From Ramazzottius varieornatus (taxonomy: Eukaryota > Animalia > Tardigrada), in NCBI GenBank assembly GCA_001949185.1, contig BDGG01000002.1, forward strand, positions 7,306,448 to 7,370,447: a stretch of DNA of 64,000 nucleotides, in the 5' to 3' direction. Positions 35,501 to 47,100 of this stretch are shown one piece after another. Numbering within the stretch: position 1 is the first letter of the stretch; each line of letters starts with the position of its first letter. The notes beneath the pieces are model-generated. The model searched no databases. It saw only the letters and a program-made list of their open reading frames with translations, and was not told where the DNA came from. The position numbers and the translations under genes were made by a program.

Positions 35501-38500
35501 CTCGCCTTGGGTGAAGTCTTCGGGAAGAAGCTTGGCTCTGAAGAGCAGGACAACGCAGTCGACGATGTTCTTCCAGCCTTCGCGGAGAATATCGCCGTAA
35601 CGGTGGGCGAGACTAAAAACTGTCTTGGTAGCGAGCTGTGCTTTCGTGTTCTGTCCGAAGCTGACAGCGAGGCTGGAGATCGACTCGTACGAATTCTGAA
35701 GCGTCGAGAACTTACCTATGAAACCGGAAAGATATTGTATTTTTCGTTTTTATTCAACGTCAAGAGTGTCCGCTACAAATAGGACAAATTTTCATCACAA
35801 CGTCAGCCAATAAATTCGAGAAGATCGGCATCTCAAGTGGCGCACGTTCCTATTGGTACTAAATGGGAGTGTGCGCCATTGAGAAACGATCTGGATGAAA
35901 TCATTTGCCGACGTCAAATTTTCTAGATTATTCTTTCCCTTTTTCTTGGCTAAAAACAGAAATAACTTACATAGTGTAACAACGATATTGTCGAACACTT
36001 CCGAAGACTGTACGTTCGGAGACGCCGCAATAATCGCACATTTCTTGAACCCACTGATGGACCTCCTCAGGATATTGTCATCCGTAGTCTTATCAAACGC
36101 ATACGACAGTGCTGCCACCGTAGGACCCCAAAGCAGCGCGAACATGTCCGCATCCAACGCTCCACCAACCCCGAAGACATAGCGCTGGTCCTTGGACCTT
36201 CTCAGCAAGATCTTCCAGTCGTACATCTCCTTCACCAGCCCAACCTGTTCTGCCGGCATGATGATCTCATCTCTCTTGATGGCGTCATACAGCGTCTCAA
36301 GGAACTGCCCGTCCAAGTCAAGGACTGTGTCTGGTGGGTATGTGACTGACTTGTCGGCGTTGATGCCCTTGACCATCTTCTTGAATTCTTCTATAGACAT
36401 GGGTTTGTGTAACTTACCGCCTTTCTTCGTGTGTAAGTCTGTGTTCAGCATGAGAATGGCGTAGGCTAATGTGAAGGCGCAATCTTGGTGCCGGAAGGGC
36501 ATGCGATTGCTGGTGTGCCAGTTAGCAGCGAAATGCTCCATGAAGTGAGCGATGAGGGGAGATTCGCCGGGTAGACGGAAGGCTTCGAGGTACTCTCGGA
36601 GAGCTTCGTCAATCCGTTTACCAGCAAAGTTGAACGACCTGAAAGTGCAAACAATCTGTATGAAACAGACAGCTCTACCGGAAGTCGAACATTTAGCGAA
36701 AGATCGAACACAATAGTTGAAAGCTGGTACTTGTTGAAAGCTGGTAGGATTTCGACGTTCTTCCTGTTTCCGAGGTAGTCCGCAATCATGGCTTTGTCCA
36801 GCTTGTAGTTTTCTCGGAGAAATCTGATGACTTCGGAGGTGACCAATGGCTCACTGAGTATGTGATTCTTCTGTAGGTATTCGATGCCTTTAGATGGTTT
36901 CGTGTTGAATAGTTCTATACCGGTATTTAGCATCTACAGAAAAATTAGTCAGTTTGAACAAGGCGTCACGGTATGTGAGATACCGGGCAATAAACAAAGC
37001 CGCATACCTTCTTGCGATTCCGCAACGTCTGCAGCTCTGGACGAAGGGTATCTCGGAGCTCTTTGACAGCGTCTTCGGGTAACTGAGCCGACTTCTGGCA
37101 ATTCTTTTCGATGTTGTCGATCGCTGTGAGTAGACATTCTAATGAAAGAACATGGACGAGGTTCAAGCCGTTCACAGGAAAAGCATTCTGCAAAGTACAG
37201 ACACGTTAAAAGAAATCCGTACTAAAAAATGGCAATTAGATAGGCGTACCTTCGATAGCAGCTTTGTTAAATCTTCGAAGAGGTTGCTGCAGTACATATC
37301 ACAGTCATAATTTCGGTATATTTCCGAAATGAAATCGGCTAGTTTGAAGAATCTCAGGATCGTATCCAGCGCTGCTTCCTTGTGTTCCAGGGTTACTTTT
37401 GGGGCCTCACTGGCCACCACGTTCATCAGTGTTGTTAGGAACGCCTCCAGCTGGAGTTTACATTGTGCGCGCATGGCTTCGAACACGAAGAACGCCAGTT
37501 GGAGCGTCAAGGTAAAGATGGACAACCTTTCGCTCTGCAAAAGCTGGAACACGAATACAATCAGCCTTCGTCGCACGTTCGTACTCAATACAGCACGGTT
37601 AAGACGCTGTACGTACGAAGGTTAGGTTTCGACACAGATCGTCTTTGACGAGTACCATCAGCGAGGTATATTTCGGGAGAGCTCGCGCCGAGGTTTCCAT
37701 CACGCTTCCGAGTAATCGCAAACCCAAATTCAAGTTATTCTCCGAGTTCCTGAGATGCAAACCAAACCACGTTAGATTTCAGTTAGTATACAATTATCGA
37801 CAGTTTTCAAGAGACTTAGTGCGTACTTATCGTAGGGATGCACAAGGGTTACCATGAAGCGAAGGATTTCTTGGATGGCAGGAAGGCCGTACGGTATATA
37901 TGCCCCAGTTTCTACAATAACGTATATCGCCATTAGTATACTAGTAACTCCGTCAAACCGGAAGTGAACTGTGCAACTTGAATTCACCGTCATTTTTGGG
38001 AATAGCCGTCCGGAATGTGATGCCTTTCTCATTGACAAACTCCATCCTATCTCTGGGCGCCTCTTCCGGAGTAGCTCTTTCCGACCCGATTTCCGGTTCC
38101 TCCTCTCCTTCACTCTCAGCCTCGGACATGGTCACCACTTCGGCCGGAGTCCAAGTGGCATCCTCCTGACCGGTCTGCCGTAGAGGAGAGGCACCATCTG
38201 CCCTTTCCGTGGTACATGGTTCCGACCTCGTAGACAGACAAGCTCCGTCGACCATAGTCGAGGTGTTCTGGCCACTCAGGTCAGGTAGATGTGTGGAAGA
38301 AATGACATGCTCCATCGCTGGAGCCTCTTGTGAGACAGTCTTCTCGGCCTGGTTGGGTAATACGGATTCGGTTGAGGTAGCAGTTTGTATGGGTGGACCG
38401 GGCGCTTTTCTTTTCGTAACGAGACGATGCAACTGTGATCAGAAAAACCGACTTCTGTTAGTTGGGGACTGTAAAATTCAATCAAATTTTGTCAATTTCG

Positions 38501-39585
38501 TGCTACATACGCACCTTTCGCACAGCTCTTTTGATGTCTTTCTGTGATTCGACAAATTCTGGAAGTCTCAAGAAGATATGCTGTATAACTTCATCCAGGA
38601 AAATGTCGCAAACTCTGCGTAGAAGTTCTATAAAAAAGGACCATTTACTGATACTACACTCATTTGACAAAGCGAGATACAACCTAAGCTAAGTTCCCTA
38701 TTGCTGACCTGTTAGCCTCGGTTCCAAGCACATACGAAACAAAGAGCCAGCAATCTCGCAAACCGATTCGTTTGTGAGAAGATTTCCCGGTGGACTAACG
38801 AGTAGATTCTTCAGGACCTGTCAAGAACCATAAGGAATAAGACATAGAGATAAGACCGGAGACTCGACTGCGTCAGTATGGTGATGTGGAAGGCTTACGT
38901 GGATGATGCTCATGAGCACGCTTTCGTCAGAGGCAGGATCTTGGCCGACAAACCTCGTGTGCGTAACAGCGTCGGCAATGAGGTCCACAACTGTAGCAAC
39001 TTCCTGTCCACTCCGATGATCTACAGTAAAACCATTACATAATCATTAAATATTCCGCTACGGCTTGATGCATCCCACTATGAGAAATCCAAAGTCTATC
39101 CCACCTAACATTCTACAGGTGATAATCTTGTTCACGGTCGACAAAGCTAGGTTGGTGATCACCGCGCTGGTATCCTCTGCGCGAATGATGTCGAGAAACG
39201 GTAAGAGGAACGTCTTCGCGTCGATCTGGTCTAAATCTGCAACACAACCAACTCACGAAGACTGCTCACACACATCCGTACGAGGATAGAATACCTTCAG
39301 CCCCGCCGAGAATATGCTTGAGAGTGAGTACTTTGTCCAAAAGTTGACTTCGATCCTCCTGAAATACGAACGTAATTACGGCTCATATATATGGGACATG
39401 ACATTGCATAAGTGGTGGAGCGCCAAATGTACCTGGTTCCGTCGATGGACTTTTCTCATGGCCGCGGATATGACATTCACTTCGCTAACAATAACATGCA
39501 GATGTTTTGCTCCGGCCATGCTCCTCTCTTTTGCAAATGTCCTGGAGTACGGCACTGGAGAAGCCACGTCCATGACTCTGTCCAT
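32556..39585 (-). CDS. GBF1: Golgi brefeldin A-resistant Arf GEF (DCB/HUS, Sec7, HDS domains)
   Basis: YIPYGLPAIQEILRFMVTL, NYDCDMYCSNLFEDLTKLLSK|NAFPV, Sec7 motifs FRLPGESPLIAHFMEHF and LAYAILMLNTDLH, DRGYTSDSE, WCPLLRGIARVCCD, EAVLESIKNMLLVMSTAG. The last exon (32556-32642) is inferred. Confidence 0.94.
34325..34374. repeat. Family B unit in a GBF1 intron
   Basis: ACCTGCATAC-N30-GTATGCATGT. Confidence 0.65.
34934..35009. repeat. Palindromic element family A, copy in a GBF1 intron
   Basis: TTCCAAAGTGGTGCATG-N23-CGTGCGCCACTTGGGAAA. Confidence 0.75.
35822..35892. repeat. Palindromic element family A, copy in a second GBF1 intron
   Basis: AGATCGGCATCTCAAGTGGCGCACG-N23-TGTGCGCCATTGAGAAACGATCT. 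Confidence 0.8.
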
Positions 39586-40430
39586 AGTCTTGGCTCTTCT
39601 CCAGCCGAATGTCCGTTCAGGGATCCCCTTCCGTCACCTCTATACCTTGAACCTCTGCGGCGTATACATATAAAGACATCACTTCACAGACAACAAGAAA
39701 GGCTTTCCGCCGTGATGAGAAGCAACAGAGCCTCGGTGTCAAGCAGTGCTGGAATTAATATTGGAGCATCATCTTGGCCACGCGTTAAGGCTCAAGGCTT
39801 TGAGTAACTCAAAAGGCACAGGCGAAGTTGGTACGTTGATTGAACAGGATCCCGCAACAACGTCACTCAAGTCAGCAAAATTAACTGAGTAATGTTACAT
39901 TACGTCACCAAGTCATACAATGACCAGTGGACAATTCATCTGATGATCATCTCTTTCGATTTCACAGAAAGACAGAATCCTTTTCTTGGACGTTCTGTAC
40001 CGGCTACATCAAAATGGCTGTGAAGAACATTGGATGCCAATCATGTCATTTGGCCTTACCCCGACGAACAGCTCCAGTGGTTGCTCAAGTCGTTGGACAG
40101 ATTGCAAGCAGATGAATTGCAGACGGTCAAATTCTTGGATGGAGAGTGGGCAGCCTTCAGGCTACTGCAATTACAATGCACCGTCGGTCACTGAGAGTTG
40201 AAACATGACTGAAATGTCTTCTTCTTTACAGGGGAGGTATATGGGAGATATTGGAAGCTCTAGACAAATACGATTTGACAACGGTGGCTACGGATGATGA
40301 GCGGAAACTTTCTTCCCTGGACCTGGCATTTTTGGGGAGACCACTGGTCAGTATCGACAAGTACAAGAATGTTCCTGGTCTGACAGCTCCGCCTTACCCT
40401 TTCCCTAACTGCCGGTACTTGCACTTCGAT

Positions 40431-40599
40431 GTGTACACGCGCCTGACCTGACCGCCGGCCTAGTAGAAACTTCCGGCCACCGGACGACAGCGGTAGCTGC
40501 CAGCTAAGATGTCCAATCAATTGTGGCGCTGCAGCTCTCGGCCAGTGGCCGGAAGTTCTGTCTGCAGTAGACCGGTAGTTAGGCCAGTCGTGTGTACGC
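40431..40599. repeat. ~170-bp imperfect palindrome (MITE-like)
   Basis: Left arm GTGTACACGCG..CCGGCCTAGT..AACTTCCGGCCAC pairs with right arm GTGGCCGGAAGTT..AGTAGACCGG..CGTGTGTACGC. Confidence 0.7.
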
Positions 40600-41387
40600 G
40601 TTTGTTTCTGAGGTCTGAACCCAGCGGAAGTTTAGCTGATTGGCTCTTTCCAAGTCTGGTTTCTACGGTTGAAGCCTACTTTTCTAGAGGCGGTTCAAGT
40701 AGAGTTCCTTTCCAGTTTTCTTTTCCGACCCACCGTAAAGTTAAATCGTGGATTTGATGTCAAGGGTGACGATGACTGGATGCGAGTGAGCAATCTTACC
40801 CTTCTTGTCCAAAACATTTGAGCAAAGGAAGCCGTCAGTAATAGTTGGATCCGTCGAGATGATCAGGAATTGGGACGACCCTTTACACGCCTTTGAAAGT
40901 ACGAACCTGATCAGATTCTTAACATACACCTGCGGCGCAGCTTCATATACAGTGTGTCGTGAGGTACGAAAATTATAATTAGGCTTGGTCAGTCACTGTA
41001 GATCGGATAATGTCAAGGTTCTTCGCACGACACCTCATCTCGGCTTGATTATTGACGCATACTTCCGCCTCGAGACATTGTCCGACTAATCGTGTGGGTG
41101 TCCGCATTGTTCGTGACGGTTTATTGAGAAGAAAGATCATGCTTGTTATCGCAGTCGTCGGTAGACCTCGTCGCAGATTCGGAAGAGTTTTGAGTCCGAC
41201 CGGGAAACGGCATTTTAGAACCGCCCAGAGAGATTCGCATTTTTCATCGTGAATTCGCGCGGAGCGAAGATCGAAAGTGTTAGTTGCGGTTCGAACGTGT
41301 TAGGTGAGAGTAAAAGTTACTTCCGGCTCCGCTGGACTTCGACTTCTGTATCGAAGTCATCTTTCCGGATCCCCTCATCCTTACAAA

Positions 41388-43865
41388 ATGCTTCCGCTGA
41401 TTCTTGGAATATTTTGTTTACTTTACGGAGCAGCTGGCGAGGGAATCTTGATGGGTACGTCGAACCAAATATGTATTGGTAATACCCCACGCGTACGGGC
41501 AGGAAGTGAGATGGGAAGCTGGCGACAGAACCGCGCGTCTTCCTTCCCCACCTGCATACCAATGTACAACATTCAGGTCGCAGATTAGTGTATGCAGGTT
41601 AAGGAAAGACAGCCCCCTCTTGTTCACCGACCTGTCGCAACAGCATGCTGGTGAATCTATCTGTTTCTTAAGTTTTTGTTTCCATAACCCAGTCCTACCC
41701 TTCCTTTTTATGTGTTGTAGTTCAGAGCTGTCAGAGCGTGAAGGGAGAAGGGCGTTGTGTGGGCAGTCCAGAGTCCTGCAAGATCGTGGGCGGATCAATT
41801 GTGACTCCTCTCTTCAGCACCCCATGCGCCGCCACTGAAGTTTGCTGTTTCTTGGTGCCAACCGTACCGGACACGGATAATTCTTGCTCATCATGCTCTA
41901 TGCTACAAGGTGAGTTGTTTTTGTCCCCGAATAACAATGACCATAAAACATATGGAACTTCTTATGCCGAACGAATGGCCTAGATCAGGCCTCTGCCGGT
42001 ACAATAGGCAATCACTATAGTACTTTAACACCGGCAGAAGGAAACGCATCACCGCGATCACTTAGTTCTCGTGTTTTGTTTCCTTTCTGACCTGGCCTCT
42101 AAAACAACGCTAGAAAAACGTTTCCGCCTTCACAACCAACAGACGTTACCATCCCCGAAAGCAGACTAATCATGAGGAACTGTAAAATTCGAAATTTCTA
42201 AACACCGGCAATTTGTTGATCTAAATATAAGTGTTCGCGAATTATCTGCTGACGGTTCCAGACAGATAAATTTCTGGATTACGTGTATCGCAAATCAGGC
42301 TTCGAGCTTCTGATGTTTAGTGTTTTCAGAGCTGACTACGACTCTTCCGTCCACCACGACCAGCAGGACATCATCAACCTCGTCTTCTGCTCCAACTGTC
42401 GCTCTGCCAAGCGTCGATGACGATTCTAACCTCATTCGAGCCCTCTCACCGCTCTCAGCAAGTACTCGAGATGACCCGGACGCTTCGTCTGCCGTGCCCG
42501 ACAGAATCCGAAATCAAGTCAACTTCTTCGCGCGAAGCGCCGAGTTTGGATTTGGCTTTCCATTCCGCATCGAGCGCAAGCTGACCGACAAAGATGCGAT
42601 CAAGAACACCTTCTGCTGGCAGGTACTGCGCCTATACAGTATGGGTTTGCTGCCTATCTAATGGCTTCTGACTGTGCTGAGATGAAGCAGCTCAAGAAAC
42701 CTACATCGAAAAGAAGAATAATGAGGCCTTTCTTGACAGGTTGCTTTGGTAGATTCAAGCGGAAAGATCTTTGGGGGCGGAGCTCTGATCAGCCGCAACT
42801 ACGTCATCACGGCCGCCCACAAAGTAGCCAAGTGAGTTGCTGATCAGAAGTCTAGCCGCGCAAAAACACTGATAGTCGAACAGAAGCCTTATAATATTCG
42901 GACTCAAATTTGTAAATTATCCGACAACAAGCCGTGTTTTTTTCCAGTCGGTTGCCACGAAATTTTCAAGTCGTTCTCGGTAAATACGACATGAAGAACC
43001 AGGAGGAAGACTCTAGAATAGCGAGCCCAATCGAAGTCATTGTCAACGAGAAATGGGATTCTGGATCGTTTGAAGACAACATCGCTCTCATCCGTATTCC
43101 GAACGTCAAGTGTGCATCTGGAAATATCTGCACCATTTGCCCGAGCAGTAAACCCGTGGACCCTGTTGCTCAAGCGCAGGACATTTGCTTCGCTACGGGT
43201 TGGGGTTCCACGTACTCATCCGGTAAGTACTTATTGTACACCATTGGAATATATTTATTCCAGTGGTCCAAACTTATTCCAATTTATTTCTTTCAAAACT
43301 CAAAATAACAAAACTTTCAACGAGTGTCGTTTTTCCAGCTGATGCATCGAAGCTGCAGCAAAATCAGATCAAGCCCATATCGAACGATCAATGCATCAAA
43401 GGACTAGCCCGATCTGGAATCCAGGACTTTGTGGTCCCGAAGAGTATGTACTGCGGATCTAGCGCTGACCCCGACAGAACGGCGTGCGACGGTGACGGCG
43501 GCGGTCCACTGGTTTGTATGAACAGTGGAACCTGGAACTGGCAACTCCGCGGTCTCGTCGCTCTGGGTGTGACCCATTGCACGAACGTCACCGATGCACC
43601 GACGGTCTACGTCGATGTCGGGAAACTTAGTGGCTGGGTTGCCCGGAAGATTTCCGAGGGCCCATCAAGTCCAACAGCCACACCTCGCATAGTATCTCAC
43701 TCTACTTTTGCGCCGCTTGCTACCAGCACATCAACAACTACAGCGAAGGCGGAAGTGAAACCTCCTGTGTTGAATAGGCGGACGAATGAAAATTCTTTGG
43801 GTTATGCTTTCGTTTTCCCTTCATTCTTACGACAGCTTGATGACGCTCCTCAACAACAAAAATAA
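41388..43865 (+). CDS. Secreted non-catalytic serine protease homolog with an N-terminal Cys-knot/clip-like domain (masquerade/PPAF-like)
   Basis: Signal MLPLILGIFCLLYGAAG; exon 41721-41909 with C..GRC..C..C..CC; Thr/Ser-rich linker; trypsin-fold motifs FCWQ|VAL, ITAAHKV, EDNIALI, CFATGWG, and ACDGDGGGPLVC with Gly at the catalytic Ser position. Confidence 0.85.
41550..41599. repeat. Family B unit in the first intron of the serine-protease homolog
   Basis: ACCTGCATAC-N30-GTATGCAGGT with perfect arms. Confidence 0.7.
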
Positions 43866-44119
43866 ATATTTGACGTTATTCAGCTCGATGAGTAGTGTAC
43901 AGTATTCTGTTGTCTCTAACTCATTTCTCGAGCTATTGACTTCTCGAACTATAGTCTGATGTTCCTGTGATGCTCTGTGAGTGAACGGAACAAGTGCTTA
44001 CGTGAACGGTTATATTTTGCTCAAACAAGAAAGCCCGAAAATATTCCTTGAAGAACGGCAATAAACGCGATGAAGAAGAGCCTAAAACTGTGCTATAATT
44101 GAGCTTAAGTGTCGAGATC

Positions 44120-47100
44120 CTAACCTCGTTTTGCGACGAGACGAGCAGTTATCTCCACGGAAAGGGATGAATGAGCGGTGAGACGATCGGAAACCTGGTA
44201 GTCGTCTCTCCTGCGATGGCAGCTGACAGTCCGTTCGGCGGACTGGTCTGAGGGATATGATGGCCGTTGGACCCGACAGAGCTCTTTTCGGAACGCGAGC
44301 CGGCTCCGTTTGTAATTTGCTTGTTCGAGGAAGATCCCTCTGTGAATAGGAGAATTCGTGCAGACCGCGTGACTAGTGCTTGCAGAATTATTGTACCTAC
44401 CCGAGTCTATGGCGGAAGCAGCATGCTTTATTCTAGGTAACGTGTCGGAAGAGCCACCGCTTTCAGTTCGGCTTCTTAGGGTAGTCGAGCTCCTTGCTTC
44501 GCTTATATCGGTAAGGGGACTTGCGTTCATGGGAGACAAATTGTTTAGTTTTCCTGTAAAATAACATGTTGGAACAATTTCGGTGTGGAACGCAAGGCTA
44601 AGACTCGAATTACATACGCAATAGATACTGCTGCCAGTCCTTGAACGTTTTAGTCTTGCCAGTGACGTCTTCTCGATTTACCAGCTTGTCAGGCTTTCCA
44701 ATGGTTTCCATTTCTTTCAGATACTTTGGTATCTATGAAGGACAGAACTATGTATGCACGAAAGTCGATAAACTAGGCATGCCGTACATACCACTTTAGC
44801 AAGAACGACGGACTGGTTGTACTTTGTGTCCTTCTTCTGCATCTGTTCCATTTGATCCAGATATTTTATTATCACAGTGTGCGGCGCAATGTCATGTACC
44901 GTATTATTGAAAGACGATACAAATTTCATTGGCATTTGAGGTAACGTCCTGATGATAGGTTGCTCCTTCTCTTCCAACAGGCGCCTCGTTCTTCGCGCTC
45001 TGAAATTACTAGTCGTGGTCGGCTTCTCACTCTCGGTTTTATCAGGTCGCAATCGATCTCGACGACCTGTTTGCAACACAGGTCTTCTGGGTCCTTTCGT
45101 CCGCGATCGAGCTGGAACTTCTATGGTATGCCTTACATCTTTGAGACTCAGAACACGCGGAGTCGGAGGGCGGAACCGACTGTACAGGGACTGTGTCGTA
45201 CTGTGTTCTTCCGGAGCGACGTCAGAGTCCTCGTCTGGAGCTTCCCGAATTACAGGCGAAGTGCGTACTTGCCCGCCGACAACGTCAGTTATCGTTTCGG
45301 GTTCTCGAAAGGACACATGGTCGGAAGTTATGTCCAGGAAAGTAGGCTTGTGTCCAGCGGCGTGGAGCTCGTCCAGATTAGAGTCGTCCCATCTCAAGCG
45401 TGAGGCACGTCGCTGCAAGATTTTTCCACCGGTCTCCAGACTTTTTCTGTGTTGTGGGATGGGTGCTTGTTTAGGCTCAAGAGGTTCGGTTGCGGGTGGG
45501 GAAGTTTGATCCAAGTCAGAAGCACCCTTACCCGACAGCGGGAATGAGTGAGCATCATCTGCGAAATGAAAGCTCTAGCACTGTGTCGTGTCACAAACTT
45601 GACGTAAAAACACCGAGTTTTGTACAAAGGTCTTACCTGTTGATACGCTCAAGTATCGGCTTCTCGGTGTGGAGCTCATGATAGAACTGGAATCCGAAGC
45701 CCAACTGGACCCAAAGGTTTCTCGCGCACTGGTCTGAGCTTCAGAGTCGCTGGTGTTACTTCGTCTGGCGAATACTCCAGCATCGTGGGTTCCATTCATT
45801 TTGAACTGTCGAGGAGTACGAGCCGAAGTCTGGACCGCGATAGCCACTTTATCATGAGGTGAAACTTTCGCCGAAGGTATCGAGCTTGTACTATGCTTGC
45901 GGGACGGAGGCCTCTCATTTGGGACGGACTGGGGCTGCACGCCGGTCTGCTCTTCGTCATCCACTCTACTATCTGAGGCTGGATGATCGACAACGTTATC
46001 TTGGATGAATAAGGACAACAGAGCGGGATGCTGAAACCCCGCTATGAAGTCGCTAGCGTCCAGCCCGTGCATGGAATCCTCCGTTGACATACTCTTCTGA
46101 TACCTGGCTGACTGCCAACCGGTATCTCCTCCAGGAGCTTTAAGGTCCATATCGTCCCGATGGAGCGAGTTGTAGGACCGGGACATCGTCAGTTTCTTAC
46201 TACAATACGATATTATGATGAGCATTTGAAATGACGTATGGAACAGTCCAAGCGCTTCTACGTACTTGTGCTCCGGAGTTTTGGGCGTGAGGAATGAATT
46301 TTGCTGGGAAAACAGCTTCCTCATAAAGTTCGATCTGTGATCCGGATGCTTCATATCCTAAAACAGGAAAGTCTCCTCGAAGACGGTAAGAAGGCAGATA
46401 AAATGAAATGACAAGACTCACATCGTCGCTGCCGGAGTCGCTTTCGTATTTCACCAGCGAAGTGCGACTGACGCTCCTGCTGGGAACATCCGGTTCCGGT
46501 GCGAGTCCTCCCATCTCGAAGACCGGAGTTAAGGGCCCTTCTGACCTAGCGGACTGTGCCGCATTCGTCTTCTCGTTCATGTGTGCATTGTGATTAGTAT
46601 CCACGATCTCAATCTCCAGTTTCGGAACGCTTCTCTTTCGCGAAGAACCGTCGACAGTGGCGCCACTGCGACTGCTACCAGACACTTCATGTTGAGCTAT
46701 ACTGGTGCTACTATTCTGAGGTTTTAGCGGTGGAACTTGAGCGTCATGGCGATCTTCTGTGGCGGTCACTTTCTCCTCCTCTGAGTCATGCAGCGGTATT
46801 TGGAAAATTGGAGTTATGTTCTGAGGACTGCCGCTGTTCCTTCTCCCCAATACCGAAGCTTCCATGATGGCGTCATAGTCCGAATGGCGCTCCATCGTGA
46901 CCAGGTGATCAAACTCGGTTAAACTTGAGGTTACCTCCCGTGGTAGATGTGGATACGTCGACCCATCTGTTTCTCCGGGCTCGGAGTTCTCAGAAGCGTC
47001 ACCGGCAGCTTTTGATGGAGGCAGAGAGGATCGTCGGGCGAAGTTCAATGGAGACTGGAAAGAGGGGGAACTTCGTAAGCCGGTTTCGAAGGCTTCTTCG

